DNA of 45,074 nucleotides from Vulcanimicrobiaceae bacterium (GTDB lineage Bacteria > Vulcanimicrobiota > Vulcanimicrobiia > Vulcanimicrobiales > Vulcanimicrobiaceae), in assembly GCA_046262595.1 (NCBI GenBank), contig JBHEMM010000019.1, positions 1-45,074 of the forward strand, read 5' to 3'. Each line of letters begins with the position of its first letter. Within the stretch, counting starts at the first letter, position 1. A model generated the notes under the pieces. It searched no databases and was not told the origin of the DNA. It saw only the letters and a list, made by a program, of their open reading frames with translations. A program made the position numbers and the translations under genes. Shown here one piece after another: positions 10,131 through 20,705 of this stretch.

Positions 10131-11036
10131 CTAGCGGACGAGGTCGCCGGCCAGAACGAAAACGATGCCGCGCGCCTGCAGTTGGGCATAAAGCGCGCGC
10201 AGCGCCGCAAGCGTCGTCGGCTTGGGATGCCCGATCGCGATCGCGCTGCCTTTGCGCTGCGCGACGCCGGCGGCATGAAGCAGCATCGCTTCCGTGTACG
10301 CCGTATCGGCTTCGTTATCCAAAAAGACATCGCGCGACGCGTTGGGAATGCCGTCCGCTTGCGCGAGCGCCGCTCCCACCGTTGCCTTGTTCGTGCGAGA
10401 ATCGATAAAGAACAGGCCGTGCTGCTTCACAACGGAGAGCACGTGGGCCATCACCCGCGCGTCCGCGCTTGCGGCGCTGCCCTCGTGATTGTTCACTCCC
10501 GCGGCTAGCGGAACTTGTGCAAGATCGTCTTGCGTCTGTGCATCGACGGCGTCATCGCTCATCGCCGTTTCGATCTCGCCTTCGCCCGAGCGCTTGTGCG
10601 AGAGCGGCTCCATCGGCAGATGCAGCATCACGCCTTTGCCGGCGCCGGAGGCTTCGGCGGCGATTTGCGCCGTGTAGCGCACGTGCGGCATGACGGAAAG
10701 CGTGATGGGAATCGGAAGCGCGATAAGCGCGCGCTCTATCCCGGGCCACTGTCCGCAGTCGTCAATGATGATTGCGAGTTTCGCGGGCGTGGCGGCGGCC
10801 GCCGTAGAGGATACGCTCGGCGCAAACGTCGCGCCGGGCGATGCCTGCGCCGAGGGCGAGGGCAACGGCGTTGCGGCCGGCCGCGGCGAGGCGCCGTGGA
10901 CGCGGTACGCATACCGTTTTCCCGGATGATGAGCGCGCGGAACGATGGTCCATGTGACGCCCGCAAGCAATGCGAGCGCAATAAAAACGGGCAACGCCGG
11001 ATTGCTCCGCCGCGTGCGCCGGCGTCTACGAGGCAT
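10131..11036 (-). CDS. Divergent polysaccharide deacetylase (YibQ family)
   Basis: IIIDDCG, LHLPMEP, NNHEGS, FIDSRT, RDVFLD, IGHP; N-terminal membrane anchor. Confidence 0.9.
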   Translation of the reverse strand: MPRRRRRTRRSNPALPVFIALALLAGVTWTIVPRAHHPGKRYAYRVHGASPRPAATPLPSPSAQASPGATFAPSVSSTAAAATPAKLAIIIDDCGQWPGIERALIALPIPITLSVMPHVRYTAQIAAEASGAGKGVMLHLPMEPLSHKRSGEGEIETAMSDDAVDAQTQDDLAQVPLAAGVNNHEGSAASADARVMAHVLSVVKQHGLFFIDSRTNKATVGAALAQADGIPNASRDVFLDNEADTAYTEAMLLHAAGVAQRKGSAIAIGHPKPTTLAALRALYAQLQARGIVFVLAGDLVR

Positions 11037-11075
11037 AAGTGCTATTAATTGCGCACCTGGGGTAAAGTGTCATGC

Positions 11076-11984
11076 ATGCCCGCATACGATGCGCTCATCA
11101 TCGGCGGCGGTCCCGCCGGTTTAAGCGCTGCCTTAAGCCTCGGACGGTCGTGCCGTTCGGTGCTGGTTTGCGACGACGGACAGCCGCGCAACGCCGTTGC
11201 GGATCGGATGCACGGCTTTCTTTCGCGCGACGGGACGCCGCCGGCGGAACTGCTCCGCACGGCGCGCGAGCAGCTCGCCCAGTATGCGTCGGTCAGCTTT
11301 CGCGCGGGGCACATTGCGGCGGCTTCAAAAGAACGTGACGCGTTCGTCCTCGAGTCGGATGCCGGCGAACGCTTTGAGGCGCGCACCGTCCTCTTGTCGA
11401 CGGGTGTTTACGACGAGTTGCCGGCGATCGACGGAGTCCGCGAGCAGTGGGGCCGCAGCGTCTTCGTGTGCCCCTACTGCGACGGATGGGAAGTGCGCGG
11501 CAGACGGCTTGCGATCCTCGGCAAAGGCGGGCGCGCGATCGAGCTCGCGCAAGAGCTGCGACAATGGAGCGACGATCTGTTGGTGTGCCTGCAGCGCGAC
11601 GGAGAGGTAAGCGAGAAGCAGAAGCGTTGGCTCGAACGCAGCCGGGCGAACGTCCGCGAGGCGGAAGTCGTGCGCGTGCAAGACGAACGGGGCGGCCTGC
11701 GGCTTCACTTTTCGGATGGTGCGCACGAGCTTTGCGACGCGCTCTTCCTTTGCGCGCCGCTGCGTCAGCGCTATCCGCTGGTGGCAATGCTCGGCTGCAG
11801 CCTCGGTCCCGACGGGAATATCGCCGCCGACAATCACGGGCGGACCGGCGTCGGCGGCGTCTACGCCGCCGGCGATGCGGCGAGCAGCGTGCATCAGGTC
11901 ATGTTGGCCGCGGCGAGCGGCGTTTGCGCGGGCATGGCAATCAACGAAGACTTGCTTGCGGCCGAGGTTGAAGCGCTGTCCTGA
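11076..11984 (+). CDS. NAD(P)/FAD-dependent oxidoreductase (thioredoxin-reductase-like)
   Basis: GGGPAG, CPYCDG, GVYAAGD. Confidence 0.88.
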   Translation: MPAYDALIIGGGPAGLSAALSLGRSCRSVLVCDDGQPRNAVADRMHGFLSRDGTPPAELLRTAREQLAQYASVSFRAGHIAAASKERDAFVLESDAGERFEARTVLLSTGVYDELPAIDGVREQWGRSVFVCPYCDGWEVRGRRLAILGKGGRAIELAQELRQWSDDLLVCLQRDGEVSEKQKRWLERSRANVREAEVVRVQDERGGLRLHFSDGAHELCDALFLCAPLRQRYPLVAMLGCSLGPDGNIAADNHGRTGVGGVYAAGDAASSVHQVMLAAASGVCAGMAINEDLLAAEVEALS

Positions 11985-12556
11985 TGCATGTCGCCGTGCT
12001 CTACGGTTCGGTACGAAAGAACCGTCAAGGTATTAAACTCGCGCGGTTCGCCGATAAAGAGCTGGAGCGCCGGGGCTGTACGTCCACACTCGTCGATCCC
12101 GAGGTGCACCGTTTGCCTTTGCTCGAAATGCAATACTCGGATTATCCGGCCGGCGAAGCGCCCGTGCAGTTAGAAGAACTCGCACAATTGTACCGCTCGG
12201 TGGATGGTTTCCTCATCGTGAGCGGCGAGTACAACCACGGCATTCCGCCCGCGCTCAAAAATCTGCTGGACTACTTTTTGGAAGAGTATTTTTCGCGGCC
12301 CGCGGGCATCGTGTCGTATTCCGGCGGCCGCTTCGGCGGCGTGCGCGCGGCGATGCAGCTGCGCATGACGCTGGCGGAACTGGGCATGCCGACGATCCCG
12401 ACGACGTTACCGGTGGGCAACGTCGGCGAATCGTTCGATGAGGAAGGCGTTCCGGCGGATCCGCGCTTCACCGAACGCAGCGCTCAGTTTTTCGACGAGT
12501 TCTCCTGGTACATGCAAGCTCTGAAAGCGCAGCGTGCTGCGGGGCTCCCCTACTAA
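11984..12556 (+). CDS. NADPH-dependent FMN reductase
   Basis: GSVR, EYNHGIPPALKN, GRFGGVRA. Confidence 0.88.
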   Translation: MHVAVLYGSVRKNRQGIKLARFADKELERRGCTSTLVDPEVHRLPLLEMQYSDYPAGEAPVQLEELAQLYRSVDGFLIVSGEYNHGIPPALKNLLDYFLEEYFSRPAGIVSYSGGRFGGVRAAMQLRMTLAELGMPTIPTTLPVGNVGESFDEEGVPADPRFTERSAQFFDEFSWYMQALKAQRAAGLPY

Positions 12557-12577
12557 GCGCACCGGCTGCCGGAACCG

Positions 12578-12973
12578 CTACTCCCGCTCGCACAATTCGA
12601 TCAGCACGCCGGCCGTGCTCGCCGGGTGGAGAAATGCGATGCTGTTTCCGTGCGCGCCTTTGCGGGGCGACTCGTCGATCAAGCGCACGCCTTGCGCTTT
12701 CAAACGCGCCAGCTCCGCCCGCAGATCGGCAACGCGGTAAGCCGTATGATGAAGTTTCGTTTGCGCCTGCCCGCGGTATTTTGCGATAGGCGAGCCTTCG
12801 TCGAGCGGGCACAGCAGTTCGATAACGGAGTCGCCGGCGCGCAGGCCGACGGCTTCAACGCCCTGATCGGCGATCGTTTCACGGTAGACTTGCTCGAAGC
12901 CGAGCGTTTTCACGTAAACCTCGAGCGTCGACTCGAGGTCTTTGACAACGATCGCCACGTGATCGATCTGCAT
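12578..12973 (-). CDS. mce: Methylmalonyl-CoA epimerase
   Basis: [10 protein letters not shown]...IELL...LHHTAY...GAHG...FLHP...GVLIEL (VOC fold), next to the mutase; real start at 12973 inside the longer ORF. Confidence 0.92.
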   Translation of the reverse strand: MQIDHVAIVVKDLESTLEVYVKTLGFEQVYRETIADQGVEAVGLRAGDSVIELLCPLDEGSPIAKYRGQAQTKLHHTAYRVADLRAELARLKAQGVRLIDESPRKGAHGNSIAFLHPASTAGVLIELCERE

Positions 12974-14553
12974 CAGGCGACCGCCTCGGGCGCCCGGTAA
13001 ACGCCGAACACTTCGCGCAGCACGTTGCAAACTTCCCCGAGCGTTGCGCCGGCGTCGACGGCTTCGATGAAATGCGGCATCAGGTTCTCGCCCCCGCGCG
13101 CGGCATCTCGAACGCAGGAAAGCCGGTCCAGCACGAGCGCGTTCTCCCGGTTTGCGCGGAAAGCGATGACGCGATCCACTTGCTCCTGTTCGACGGCATC
13201 TTCCACGCGCTGCAGCGGTAGAGCGCTCTGTTCGCTGCCCGGCTCGGCAAAGCGGTTCACGCCTACGACCACTTGGCGCCCCCGTTCGATGTCCTGCTGC
13301 GCGCGGTATGCCGAGTCGGCAATGCGCGATTGCATCCAGCCGCTCTCGATTGCCGCAATGCTGCCGCCGAGATCGTCGACTTCGGCGATGAGCGCGCTTG
13401 CGCGGTCGATCAAGCCGTTCGTCAGCGACTCGACGTAATACGATCCGGCAAGCGGATCCGCGACCTGAGCGACGCCGCTCTCGTATCCGATGATCTGCTG
13501 CGTGCGCAGCGCGACCTTTGCGGCTTGCGCCGTGGGAAGAGCGAGCGCCTCGTCTTTGCCGTTCGTGTGCAGCGACTGCGTGCCGCCCAGCACCGCCGCC
13601 AATGCCTGCAGCGTGACCCGCACGACGTTGTTGTCGGGCTCTTGAGCGGTTAGCGTTGAGCCGGCCGTTTGCGTATGAAAGCGAAGCATGTGCGAGCGCG
13701 GATCTTTGCATTTGAACTCGTCGCGCGTGATGTGAGCCCAAAGATACCGCGCCGCGCGAAACTTCGCCACCTCTTCGAAGAGATCGTTGTGCGCATTCCA
13801 AAAAAACGAGAGGCGCGGCGCTATCCGGTCCGGATCGATCCCGGCCTCGCGGGCGGCGCGCAGATACGCTTTGCCGTTGGAAAGTGTGAACGCCAGTTCT
13901 TCGAGCGCCGTGGACCCTGCTTCGCGGATGTGGTACCCTGAGATCGAAATCGTGTTCCATTGCGGCACGTGCTGGGCGCAGAACGCCATAACGTCCGTCA
14001 CCAAGCGCATCGAGGGCGCCGGAGGATAGATGTAGGTGCCCCGTGCGACATATTCTTTGAGGACGTCGTTTTGCGTCGTGCCGCCGAGCTTCTCGAACGC
14101 GATGCCGCGCCGCCGCGCGACTGCGAGCAGCATCGCAAGCAGAATCGCCGCGGGCGCGTTAATCGTCATGGAAACGGTCACGCGATCCAGCGGGATGTTC
14201 TCGAACAGCGTTTCCATATCGTCGATCGTATCGATCGCTACGCCGACCTTGCCCACTTCGCCGCGCGCGAGCGGCGCATCCGAGTCGTGTCCGAGTTGCG
14301 TCGGCAAGTCAAACGCAACGGACAGCCCCGTGGTGCCTTGTTCGAGCAGGTACCGGTAGCGCGCGTTCGACTGCGTCGCCGTCGCGAAGCCGGCGTATTG
14401 GCGCATCGTCCAAAGCCGGCCGCGGTACATATCTTTGCGGATGCCCCGCGTGTACGGAAAAGCGCCCGGGAGGCCGGCTTCGTGCTGCGGACCTTCAATC
14501 TGCGCGTACACGGGCTTGACGGGAACGCCGCCCGGATTTTCGCCGCCGGTCAT
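12973..14553 (-). CDS. Methylmalonyl-CoA mutase, stand-alone substrate-binding large subunit (no B12-binding domain)
   Basis: [14 protein letters not shown] (Tyr typical of MCM), [26 protein letters not shown]; no DxHxxG motif. Confidence 0.92.
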   Translation of the reverse strand: MTGGENPGGVPVKPVYAQIEGPQHEAGLPGAFPYTRGIRKDMYRGRLWTMRQYAGFATATQSNARYRYLLEQGTTGLSVAFDLPTQLGHDSDAPLARGEVGKVGVAIDTIDDMETLFENIPLDRVTVSMTINAPAAILLAMLLAVARRRGIAFEKLGGTTQNDVLKEYVARGTYIYPPAPSMRLVTDVMAFCAQHVPQWNTISISGYHIREAGSTALEELAFTLSNGKAYLRAAREAGIDPDRIAPRLSFFWNAHNDLFEEVAKFRAARYLWAHITRDEFKCKDPRSHMLRFHTQTAGSTLTAQEPDNNVVRVTLQALAAVLGGTQSLHTNGKDEALALPTAQAAKVALRTQQIIGYESGVAQVADPLAGSYYVESLTNGLIDRASALIAEVDDLGGSIAAIESGWMQSRIADSAYRAQQDIERGRQVVVGVNRFAEPGSEQSALPLQRVEDAVEQEQVDRVIAFRANRENALVLDRLSCVRDAARGGENLMPHFIEAVDAGATLGEVCNVLREVFGVYRAPEAVA

Positions 14554-16301
14554 GCGATGGTGACCAAAGCGCTTTGCGCTTCGACCGTATCGCCGGCTTT
14601 GACGTGCACGGCGCCGACAGCGCCGCTTTTGTGAGCGCGAACTTCGTTCATCATTTTCATCGCCTCGATGACGGCGAGCACTTGACCTTGCCGCACATCA
14701 TCGCCTGTTTTCGCGTGGAGCTCCACGACGACGCCGTGCATTGGGGAGACGACGTCGTCACCGCTTGCCTGCACGCTGCGCTTTTTGTGCGCCGCGCGCG
14801 GCGGGGGGCGCGTGCCGCCGCGTGGGCGCTGCGCGCCCGCCGGCAGATCGATCAGCCGCACGCGGAACAACTGTCCGTTCACCTCGACTCTGATCGCTTC
14901 TTGCGCGCCTTCGGGCGGCATCGCCGGGGCCGTTCCAGCGCCCGGCGCTGAAGCGGCTTCGCCGTAGCGCTCTGCGGCGAACGCCTCCAGGGTCGCCGTT
15001 CCGTACGTGGCCTGCTGTACCCGCGGGTTATCGCAAAGCGCGCGCAGCAGAGGCAGCGTCGTCGGAACCCCTTCGATGACGAACTCATCGATCGCGCGCC
15101 GCAGACGCGCAATCGCGTGCTCGCGCGTGGGCGCCCAAACGATCAGTTTGGCGATCATCGAATCGTAATCCGGTGAAATGACAAAGCCCGGATATGCGGC
15201 GGAGTCGACGCGCACGCCGGGCCCCGCGGGCTCGCGGTACGCCGCCAGCGTGCCCGGAGCGGGACGGAAATGCTGCGCAGGGTCCTCGGCATTCACGCGG
15301 CCTTCGATTGCGAAGCCGCGAAACGCCACGTCATTTTGCGCATAGCCCAGCGGTTCACCGGCCGCAATGCGGATCTGCTCGCGGATCAAGTCTAAGCCGC
15401 TGATCATTTCGCTGACCGTGTGCTCAACCTGGATGCGCGTGTTCATTTCCAAGAAATAAAACGCATCACCGCTCACGAGGCACTCGATCGTGCCGACGCT
15501 GTCGTAGCCGATGGCTTGCGCCGCGCGAATGCCGGCTTCGCGCATACCGTCGCGTACGTGTTCCGATATGGTTGCGGGCGCCTCTTCCCACAGTTTCTGA
15601 TGGCGCCGCTGCAGCGAACAGTCGCGGTCGCCCACGTGCAGGACGGTGCCGTGCTTATCCGCGAGAATCTGCAGCTCGACGTGTTTCGGGTTGTCCAAAT
15701 ACCGCTCGGCATAGACCGCCCCGTTCTTAAAGTAAGCCAGGGCCTCGCGCTGCGCCGTCGCAAGCGCCGGCGCGAGATCGTCGAGCGTGTGCGCCACTTT
15801 GAGGCCCTTGCCGCCTCCGCCGCCCGAGGCTTTGAGCGCGAGGGGAAGACCGTATTGGGCTGCTGCGGCGCGGGCCTGGGCGTCATTCTCGATCGCCTCC
15901 GTGCCGCCCGGAACGACGGGTACGCCTGCCGCGATCATCGCTTGCCGAGCGCGCATCTTGTCGCCCATTGCCTCGATGGCGCCCGGATGCGGCCCGATCC
16001 AAATGCATCCGGCGGCAATAACCTCACGCGCGAACGCCGCATTCTCGGCCAGGAAGCCGTAGCCGGGATGAATTCCCTGCGCGCCGGCGCGCTGCGCGAC
16101 GGCGACGAGCTTCGCCGTGTCGAGATAACTTTGCGACGGCGCTGCGGGCCCGATGAGAAACGCTTCGTCCGCCATGCGCACGTGCATCGCATCACGGTCG
16201 ATCTCGGAATACACGGCAACGGTCGCAATGCCCATCTCGCGCGCCGTGCGGATAATGCGCACCGCGATTTCTCCGCGGTTAGCAACGAGCAGCTTATTCA
16301 T
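14550..16301 (-). CDS. Acetyl/propionyl-CoA carboxylase alpha subunit (biotin carboxylase + biotin carrier fusion)
   Basis: [45 protein letters not shown]-terminal EAMKM biotinylation motif. Confidence 0.95.
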   Translation of the reverse strand: MNKLLVANRGEIAVRIIRTAREMGIATVAVYSEIDRDAMHVRMADEAFLIGPAAPSQSYLDTAKLVAVAQRAGAQGIHPGYGFLAENAAFAREVIAAGCIWIGPHPGAIEAMGDKMRARQAMIAAGVPVVPGGTEAIENDAQARAAAAQYGLPLALKASGGGGGKGLKVAHTLDDLAPALATAQREALAYFKNGAVYAERYLDNPKHVELQILADKHGTVLHVGDRDCSLQRRHQKLWEEAPATISEHVRDGMREAGIRAAQAIGYDSVGTIECLVSGDAFYFLEMNTRIQVEHTVSEMISGLDLIREQIRIAAGEPLGYAQNDVAFRGFAIEGRVNAEDPAQHFRPAPGTLAAYREPAGPGVRVDSAAYPGFVISPDYDSMIAKLIVWAPTREHAIARLRRAIDEFVIEGVPTTLPLLRALCDNPRVQQATYGTATLEAFAAERYGEAASAPGAGTAPAMPPEGAQEAIRVEVNGQLFRVRLIDLPAGAQRPRGGTRPPPRAAHKKRSVQASGDDVVSPMHGVVVELHAKTGDDVRQGQVLAVIEAMKMMNEVRAHKSGAVGAVHVKAGDTVEAQSALVTIA

Positions 16302-16443
16302 CGCTCACCGCCTGCGCGCGGGCCGCTTGCCGCCACGCCGGCATCTCCGGCGCGTTTTGCGGCGTTTGCCGCGATGCGAGCACTGCCGATACAGCGGCGG
16401 CGACGGCGGCTAACTCCTCCGGGCGGATTCCGCGATCGTTCAT
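16294..16443 (-). CDS. Acyl-CoA carboxylase epsilon subunit-like small protein (49 aa; absent from the ORF track)
   Basis: Manual translation [55 protein letters not shown]...W-R pattern; overlaps both neighbouring genes. Confidence 0.8.
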   Translation of the reverse strand: MNDRGIRPEELAAVAAAVSAVLASRQTPQNAPEMPAWRQAARAQAVSDE

Positions 16444-17228
16444 TCGGCGGTGATCGAAGGCGGGTACATTCCCATCGCGTGGTACCCGGCATCGACGAAG
16501 TGGACGTCGCCGGTGACGGCGCTCGAAAGATCCGATGCCAAATACACGGCTGTTTTGCCGACGTCGTCTTGCGTGATGTTGCGCTTGAGCGGAGCCACTT
16601 TGGGAACGACGTCCAGAATGCGCGAGAAGCCTCCGACTTGCCGCGAACTTGCCGTCTTAACCGGCCCTGCGGAGATCGCGTTCACCCGAATGGCGCGCGC
16701 GCCCAAATCGAATGCGAGATACCGGACGATCGATTCGAGCGCCGCTTTGGAGATGCCCGCAATATTGTAATTCGGAACGATTGCCGTCGAGCCCAGATAG
16801 GTGAGCGCCATAATCGACGCGCCGTCGTTCATGCGCTCGTGCAGCGCGTTTACCAATCCGATAAGCGAAAATGCGGAGATGTCCAGCGCCATGGCGAAGC
16901 CCTCGCGCGAGGTGTCGTACACCGTTCCGCTCAAATCTTCTTTCTTCACGAACGCAATCGAATGAACCAGCGCGTCGATTTTGCCGAAGCCCTCGAGCGC
17001 CGCGGCCATCTTCACGAGCGATGCGTCCGAGGAAACGTCGCATTCGAGAACCGGACCGCCGCCGAGTTCGCCGGCAATTTTTTCCACCGAGTCTTGTACG
17101 CGCTCGCCCTGATAGGTGAACGCGATCTGCGCGCCGTGCTCGTGCATCTGCCGCGCGATGCCCGTCGCGATAGACCACTGATTGGCGACGCCGGTCACGA
17201 GCGCTTTTTTGCCTTCCAACAATCTCAT
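16440..17228 (-). CDS. fabI: Enoyl-ACP reductase
   Basis: GVANQWSIA, HSIAF, LTYLG...PNYN-x2-GISKAALE, NAISAGP. Confidence 0.93.
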   Translation of the reverse strand: MRLLEGKKALVTGVANQWSIATGIARQMHEHGAQIAFTYQGERVQDSVEKIAGELGGGPVLECDVSSDASLVKMAAALEGFGKIDALVHSIAFVKKEDLSGTVYDTSREGFAMALDISAFSLIGLVNALHERMNDGASIMALTYLGSTAIVPNYNIAGISKAALESIVRYLAFDLGARAIRVNAISAGPVKTASSRQVGGFSRILDVVPKVAPLKRNITQDDVGKTAVYLASDLSSAVTGDVHFVDAGYHAMGMYPPSITAE

Positions 17229-17234
17229 GAGCGC

Positions 17235-17459
17235 TTATGCCGCCACATAGGTGAACCGCGCTTCTTCGCAAGCGCTGACCGCCATGACGCCCGTTTTAAG
17301 GTGCGGCACGAGCACGCCGTTCCAAAAGGCGTCGCTCATCGCGCCGATCGTATTGTTCATCGCGAACAAGGTGCTGCCGCCGGCAATATCTTCGACGCCG
17401 AAGCATTGTTTATGCGCCGCGGCGGCAATCGTTGTGATGAAGTCGCTGCGTGAAGTCAT
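17235..17459 (-). CDS. 74-aa ORF, possible internally deleted remnant of a Tat-type exported DsrE-like protein
   Basis: [16 protein letters not shown]-terminus, C-terminal VP...GVMAV...EE..FTYV; start overlaps the pccB stop. Confidence 0.4.
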   Translation of the reverse strand: MTSRSDFITTIAAAAHKQCFGVEDIAGGSTLFAMNNTIGAMSDAFWNGVLVPHLKTGVMAVSACEEARFTYVAA

Positions 17460-19009
17460 AGCGGAATATTTCCGTGCTTTCTCTTCGGACGCTCCACCCG
17501 CTTGTCGGCGAGCATGGTGAGCGATTGCGCGATGGCGCGGCGTGTTGCGTGCGCCTCGATGATGTCGTCCACGTAACCGCGCTGCGCGGCGATGAATGGG
17601 TTCGCGAAACGGTCCCTGTAGGTCTCCACCAGATCCTGCATCTTTGCCGCCGGATCGGCCGCCGAGGCGATTTCGCGCCGGAAGATGGTCTTTACCGCGC
17701 CCTCCGCGCCCATAACGGCGATCTCTGCGGTGGGCCAGGCGAGATTCACGTCGGCGCGGATATGTTTGCTTGCCATGACGTCGTACGCGCCGCCGTAGGC
17801 TTTGCGGGTGATGATCGTGATCTTTGGGACGCTCGCCTCGGCGAACGCGTAAAGCAGCTTCGCGCCGTGAACGATGATGCCGCCGTACTCTTGATCGGTA
17901 CCGGGCAAAAAGCCTGGGACGTCCACGAAGGTGACGAGCGCAATGTTGAAGGCATCGCAAAAGCGCACGAACCGCGCCGCTTTGACGGAGCTTTTGATGT
18001 CCAGAACCCCAGCCAGAACGCTGGGCTGGTTTGCGACAATACCGACGGTTTGTCCGTCCACGCGCCCAAAACCGGTGATGATGTTTTGCGCGTACAGCGC
18101 TTGAATCTCGAAAAAATCCCCTTCATCCAGGATCGGCAGAATGACGCCGTGCATGTCGTACGGTTTATTGGGCGAGTCGGGAATGATGCCGTCCAGTTCG
18201 GGAACATCGCGCAGCGGGTCGTCTTGCGGTTCGTAGCGCGGCGTATCTTCCAAGTTGTTTTGCGGCAGATACGAGAGCAGCGCGCGCGCCGCGTCGTTCA
18301 TTTCATCTTCGTCCGCTGCCGTAACATGCGCGACACCGCTCTTGCTCGCGTGCGTCGCCGCGCCGCCCAGCTCTTCAAACGTAACGTCCTGCCCGGTGAC
18401 CGTCTTGATGATCTCCGGCCCCGTGATGAACATCTGCGCGATCTTTTCGGTCATGATGATGAAGTCGGTGATCGCGGGCGAATAGACGGCACCGCCCGCG
18501 CACGGCCCCGCGATAAGGCTGATCTGCGGAATGACGCCGCTGGCTTGAACGTTACGCCAGAAAATTTCGGCATAGCCGCCCAGACTGACCACGCCTTCTT
18601 GGATGCGGGCGCCGCCCGAGTCGTTGATGCCGATCATCGGCGAGCCGGTGCGCAGCGCGAGATCCATTACCTTGCAGATCTTTTCGGCGAACACTTCGCC
18701 CAGCGATCCGCCGAGTACGGTGAAATCCTGTGAGAACAGGAAGACTTGGCGTCCGTCGATGGAAGCGCGTCCCGTGATGACGCCGTCGCCTAAAAACTCC
18801 TTATCGGCCAGACCGAACGCCGCCGTCCGGTGGACCGCGAAGCGATCCAGTTCCACGAAGGAGTCCGCATCGACCAACGTGTCCACGCGCTCGCGCGCAG
18901 TTCGCTTGCCGCGCTCGTGCTGCTTGCGCACCGCTTCGGCGCCCGCGGGCGCCTGCGCGAGCTCGCGTTTGCGCTGCAACTCCGCGTACTTCTCCTGGTG
19001 TGTCCTCAT
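17456..19009 (-). CDS. pccB: Propionyl/acyl-CoA carboxylase carboxyltransferase beta subunit
   Basis: [53 protein letters not shown]-terminal KHGNIPL. Confidence 0.95.
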   Translation of the reverse strand: MRTHQEKYAELQRKRELAQAPAGAEAVRKQHERGKRTARERVDTLVDADSFVELDRFAVHRTAAFGLADKEFLGDGVITGRASIDGRQVFLFSQDFTVLGGSLGEVFAEKICKVMDLALRTGSPMIGINDSGGARIQEGVVSLGGYAEIFWRNVQASGVIPQISLIAGPCAGGAVYSPAITDFIIMTEKIAQMFITGPEIIKTVTGQDVTFEELGGAATHASKSGVAHVTAADEDEMNDAARALLSYLPQNNLEDTPRYEPQDDPLRDVPELDGIIPDSPNKPYDMHGVILPILDEGDFFEIQALYAQNIITGFGRVDGQTVGIVANQPSVLAGVLDIKSSVKAARFVRFCDAFNIALVTFVDVPGFLPGTDQEYGGIIVHGAKLLYAFAEASVPKITIITRKAYGGAYDVMASKHIRADVNLAWPTAEIAVMGAEGAVKTIFRREIASAADPAAKMQDLVETYRDRFANPFIAAQRGYVDDIIEAHATRRAIAQSLTMLADKRVERPKRKHGNIPL

Positions 19010-19065
19010 CCGGGGCGGGCTTTGACGCTTGATCGGCCTTTTCCGCCGATACATAATAGACCGAT

Positions 19066-19266
19066 ATGATCCAGCTGGGCGCCGAGCAACTGCTCTCGAT
19101 CGTTTTTGCCGACGCCGCCGTTACCATCCCGGCGGCGGCGACCGTTGCCCTGCCTGCAGGCCGGAACCCAAGCAGCGAGCCGGGAACGATCGCGAAAATC
19201 CCGTACGCGAGCGACGGGCTCCTCAAGGAGTTCCGCGCCGAACTGACCGGCAACGCGCCGCGTTGA
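19066..19266 (+). CDS. Small hypothetical protein (66 aa)
   Basis: Preceded by TTGATC-17-CATAAT; its stop overlaps the ATG of the next gene. Confidence 0.4.
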   Translation: MIQLGAEQLLSIVFADAAVTIPAAATVALPAGRNPSSEPGTIAKIPYASDGLLKEFRAELTGNAPR

Positions 19267-20675
19267 TGTCGCCGTACCGGTTCTTCGCTGCCGCCGCGGC
19301 GTTCTCGCTAGTGACGGTTCAGACGGCGTTTGCCGCGCAGCCCGTCCCGGCCGTCATCGTAACCGCGCAGCAAATCGCGCTGCATGCGGACCGCGCGCTG
19401 CTCATTGCCGAGGGCGGCGTTTCCATCCGGATCGGTACCGCTGCGCCAATGAATGCGACGCGCGCCGCATACGATCTGCGCCGGAACCGCCTGGTTGCCG
19501 CCGGCGATGCGGCCGGCAGCGGGTTCACATACGACTTTGCGACGCAGCGCGCGCTCAAGGCCGGCCCGGTTGAGGTGCCGCAGCTGGGCACGTTCGACGC
19601 GCTCGCCGTCGGCCAACAAGTCGAACTGCGCCCGGGAAGGAGCATCACCTTTTCAAACGCCCAGGTGCTTGCAGGTTCGACGTTCGTGCCCTCCGCAGCG
19701 TATACGTACGATATTCCGCCGCCGCGCGCCAAAGATTTCGGCTATTCGCCCGTTCCCGCTGCGGCGCTCGAATATGCGCTCCCGCTCGGCGCTTCAAAGA
19801 ACAGCTATGCATTCACACGCGCGCGCTACGACCGGTATAACGGCGGCATCGGCGCGGGGCTGGAAGAGCATTATGCTGCCAGCGATCGCGGGTACGCGGC
19901 GCTCGGCGAGACGCTGGACGTCAACGGCGGCCGCTGGGATCTGGCGACTTACCAGCATTTGAACGACGCGCTCTCGCATTCGTTCACGGGCTCTTACCTG
20001 AGCGGTGCGCACACGATGCGCTACGCTCTCACTTCTACCGGCCCGCGAGGATACGCCTCGTTCTCGATCTTTCAATATAACAACTACCGTCAGGACGACT
20101 TGCTCGCGAGCGGTAATCAACATGCGCTCGGCCGCGCCGCTTCCTTTCGTGTTCAGGCCGACTTCGCGCACGACGTGCATCCCGGGGATTGGCACGGCGC
20201 GCAAGATTTCCGTTTCACGCCTGCGGTGCACTTGGATACCGCGGCATTGCACGCGGGCGCTGCTTCATTGAGCGCTTCCGGCGACGTCGGTGAAGCGCTG
20301 TACGATTACGGCCGAGCGACGCTCGCCAGCGACGCCACGCTCTGGGCGAACGTCCCCGTCACACCGCGTTTGGCCTTCAGCGGCGGAGCGACGTTCTCGC
20401 ACAATGCCCCGCCTTTTCCCGCAACGTTTCGCACGTACACGCTCGGCAGCACCTGGCGCGCGAGCGATGCGTTCAACTTGGTCAGTTCGATCGGCTACAC
20501 GCACGACTACGGGCAAGTGTTCGGCACCGGGCGCCCGCAGTGGAGCGCCGCATTCGACGTGCGTTTCCGGCGCCGGAATCACACCGGCGTCGAAATCGGC
20601 GCCGTCGTGCCGTTCGGCGGCGTGGGCAATCTGAACCGCCAAGGCGTCCTGAACGTGCGTTTCTTTAAGTGGTGA
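19266..20675 (+). CDS. Secreted/outer-membrane protein, LptD-like architecture (OstA-like N-terminus + beta-barrel)
   Basis: Signal peptide, V-x-A-x-x-I...AEGGV jellyroll-like start, alternating aromatic beta strands, aromatic C-terminus. Confidence 0.55.
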   Translation: MSPYRFFAAAAAFSLVTVQTAFAAQPVPAVIVTAQQIALHADRALLIAEGGVSIRIGTAAPMNATRAAYDLRRNRLVAAGDAAGSGFTYDFATQRALKAGPVEVPQLGTFDALAVGQQVELRPGRSITFSNAQVLAGSTFVPSAAYTYDIPPPRAKDFGYSPVPAAALEYALPLGASKNSYAFTRARYDRYNGGIGAGLEEHYAASDRGYAALGETLDVNGGRWDLATYQHLNDALSHSFTGSYLSGAHTMRYALTSTGPRGYASFSIFQYNNYRQDDLLASGNQHALGRAASFRVQADFAHDVHPGDWHGAQDFRFTPAVHLDTAALHAGAASLSASGDVGEALYDYGRATLASDATLWANVPVTPRLAFSGGATFSHNAPPFPATFRTYTLGSTWRASDAFNLVSSIGYTHDYGQVFGTGRPQWSAAFDVRFRRRNHTGVEIGAVVPFGGVGNLNRQGVLNVRFFKW

Positions 20676-20705
20676 AGACGAACGCTTTATGGCGCGGGAG
20701 GCGCG

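Noticed and set aside
15420..17453. Long antisense ORFs (677 aa here; also 17474-18733, 28170-29426, 33868-35217 and others)
   Set aside because: These are shadow frames of well-conserved genes in high-GC DNA.
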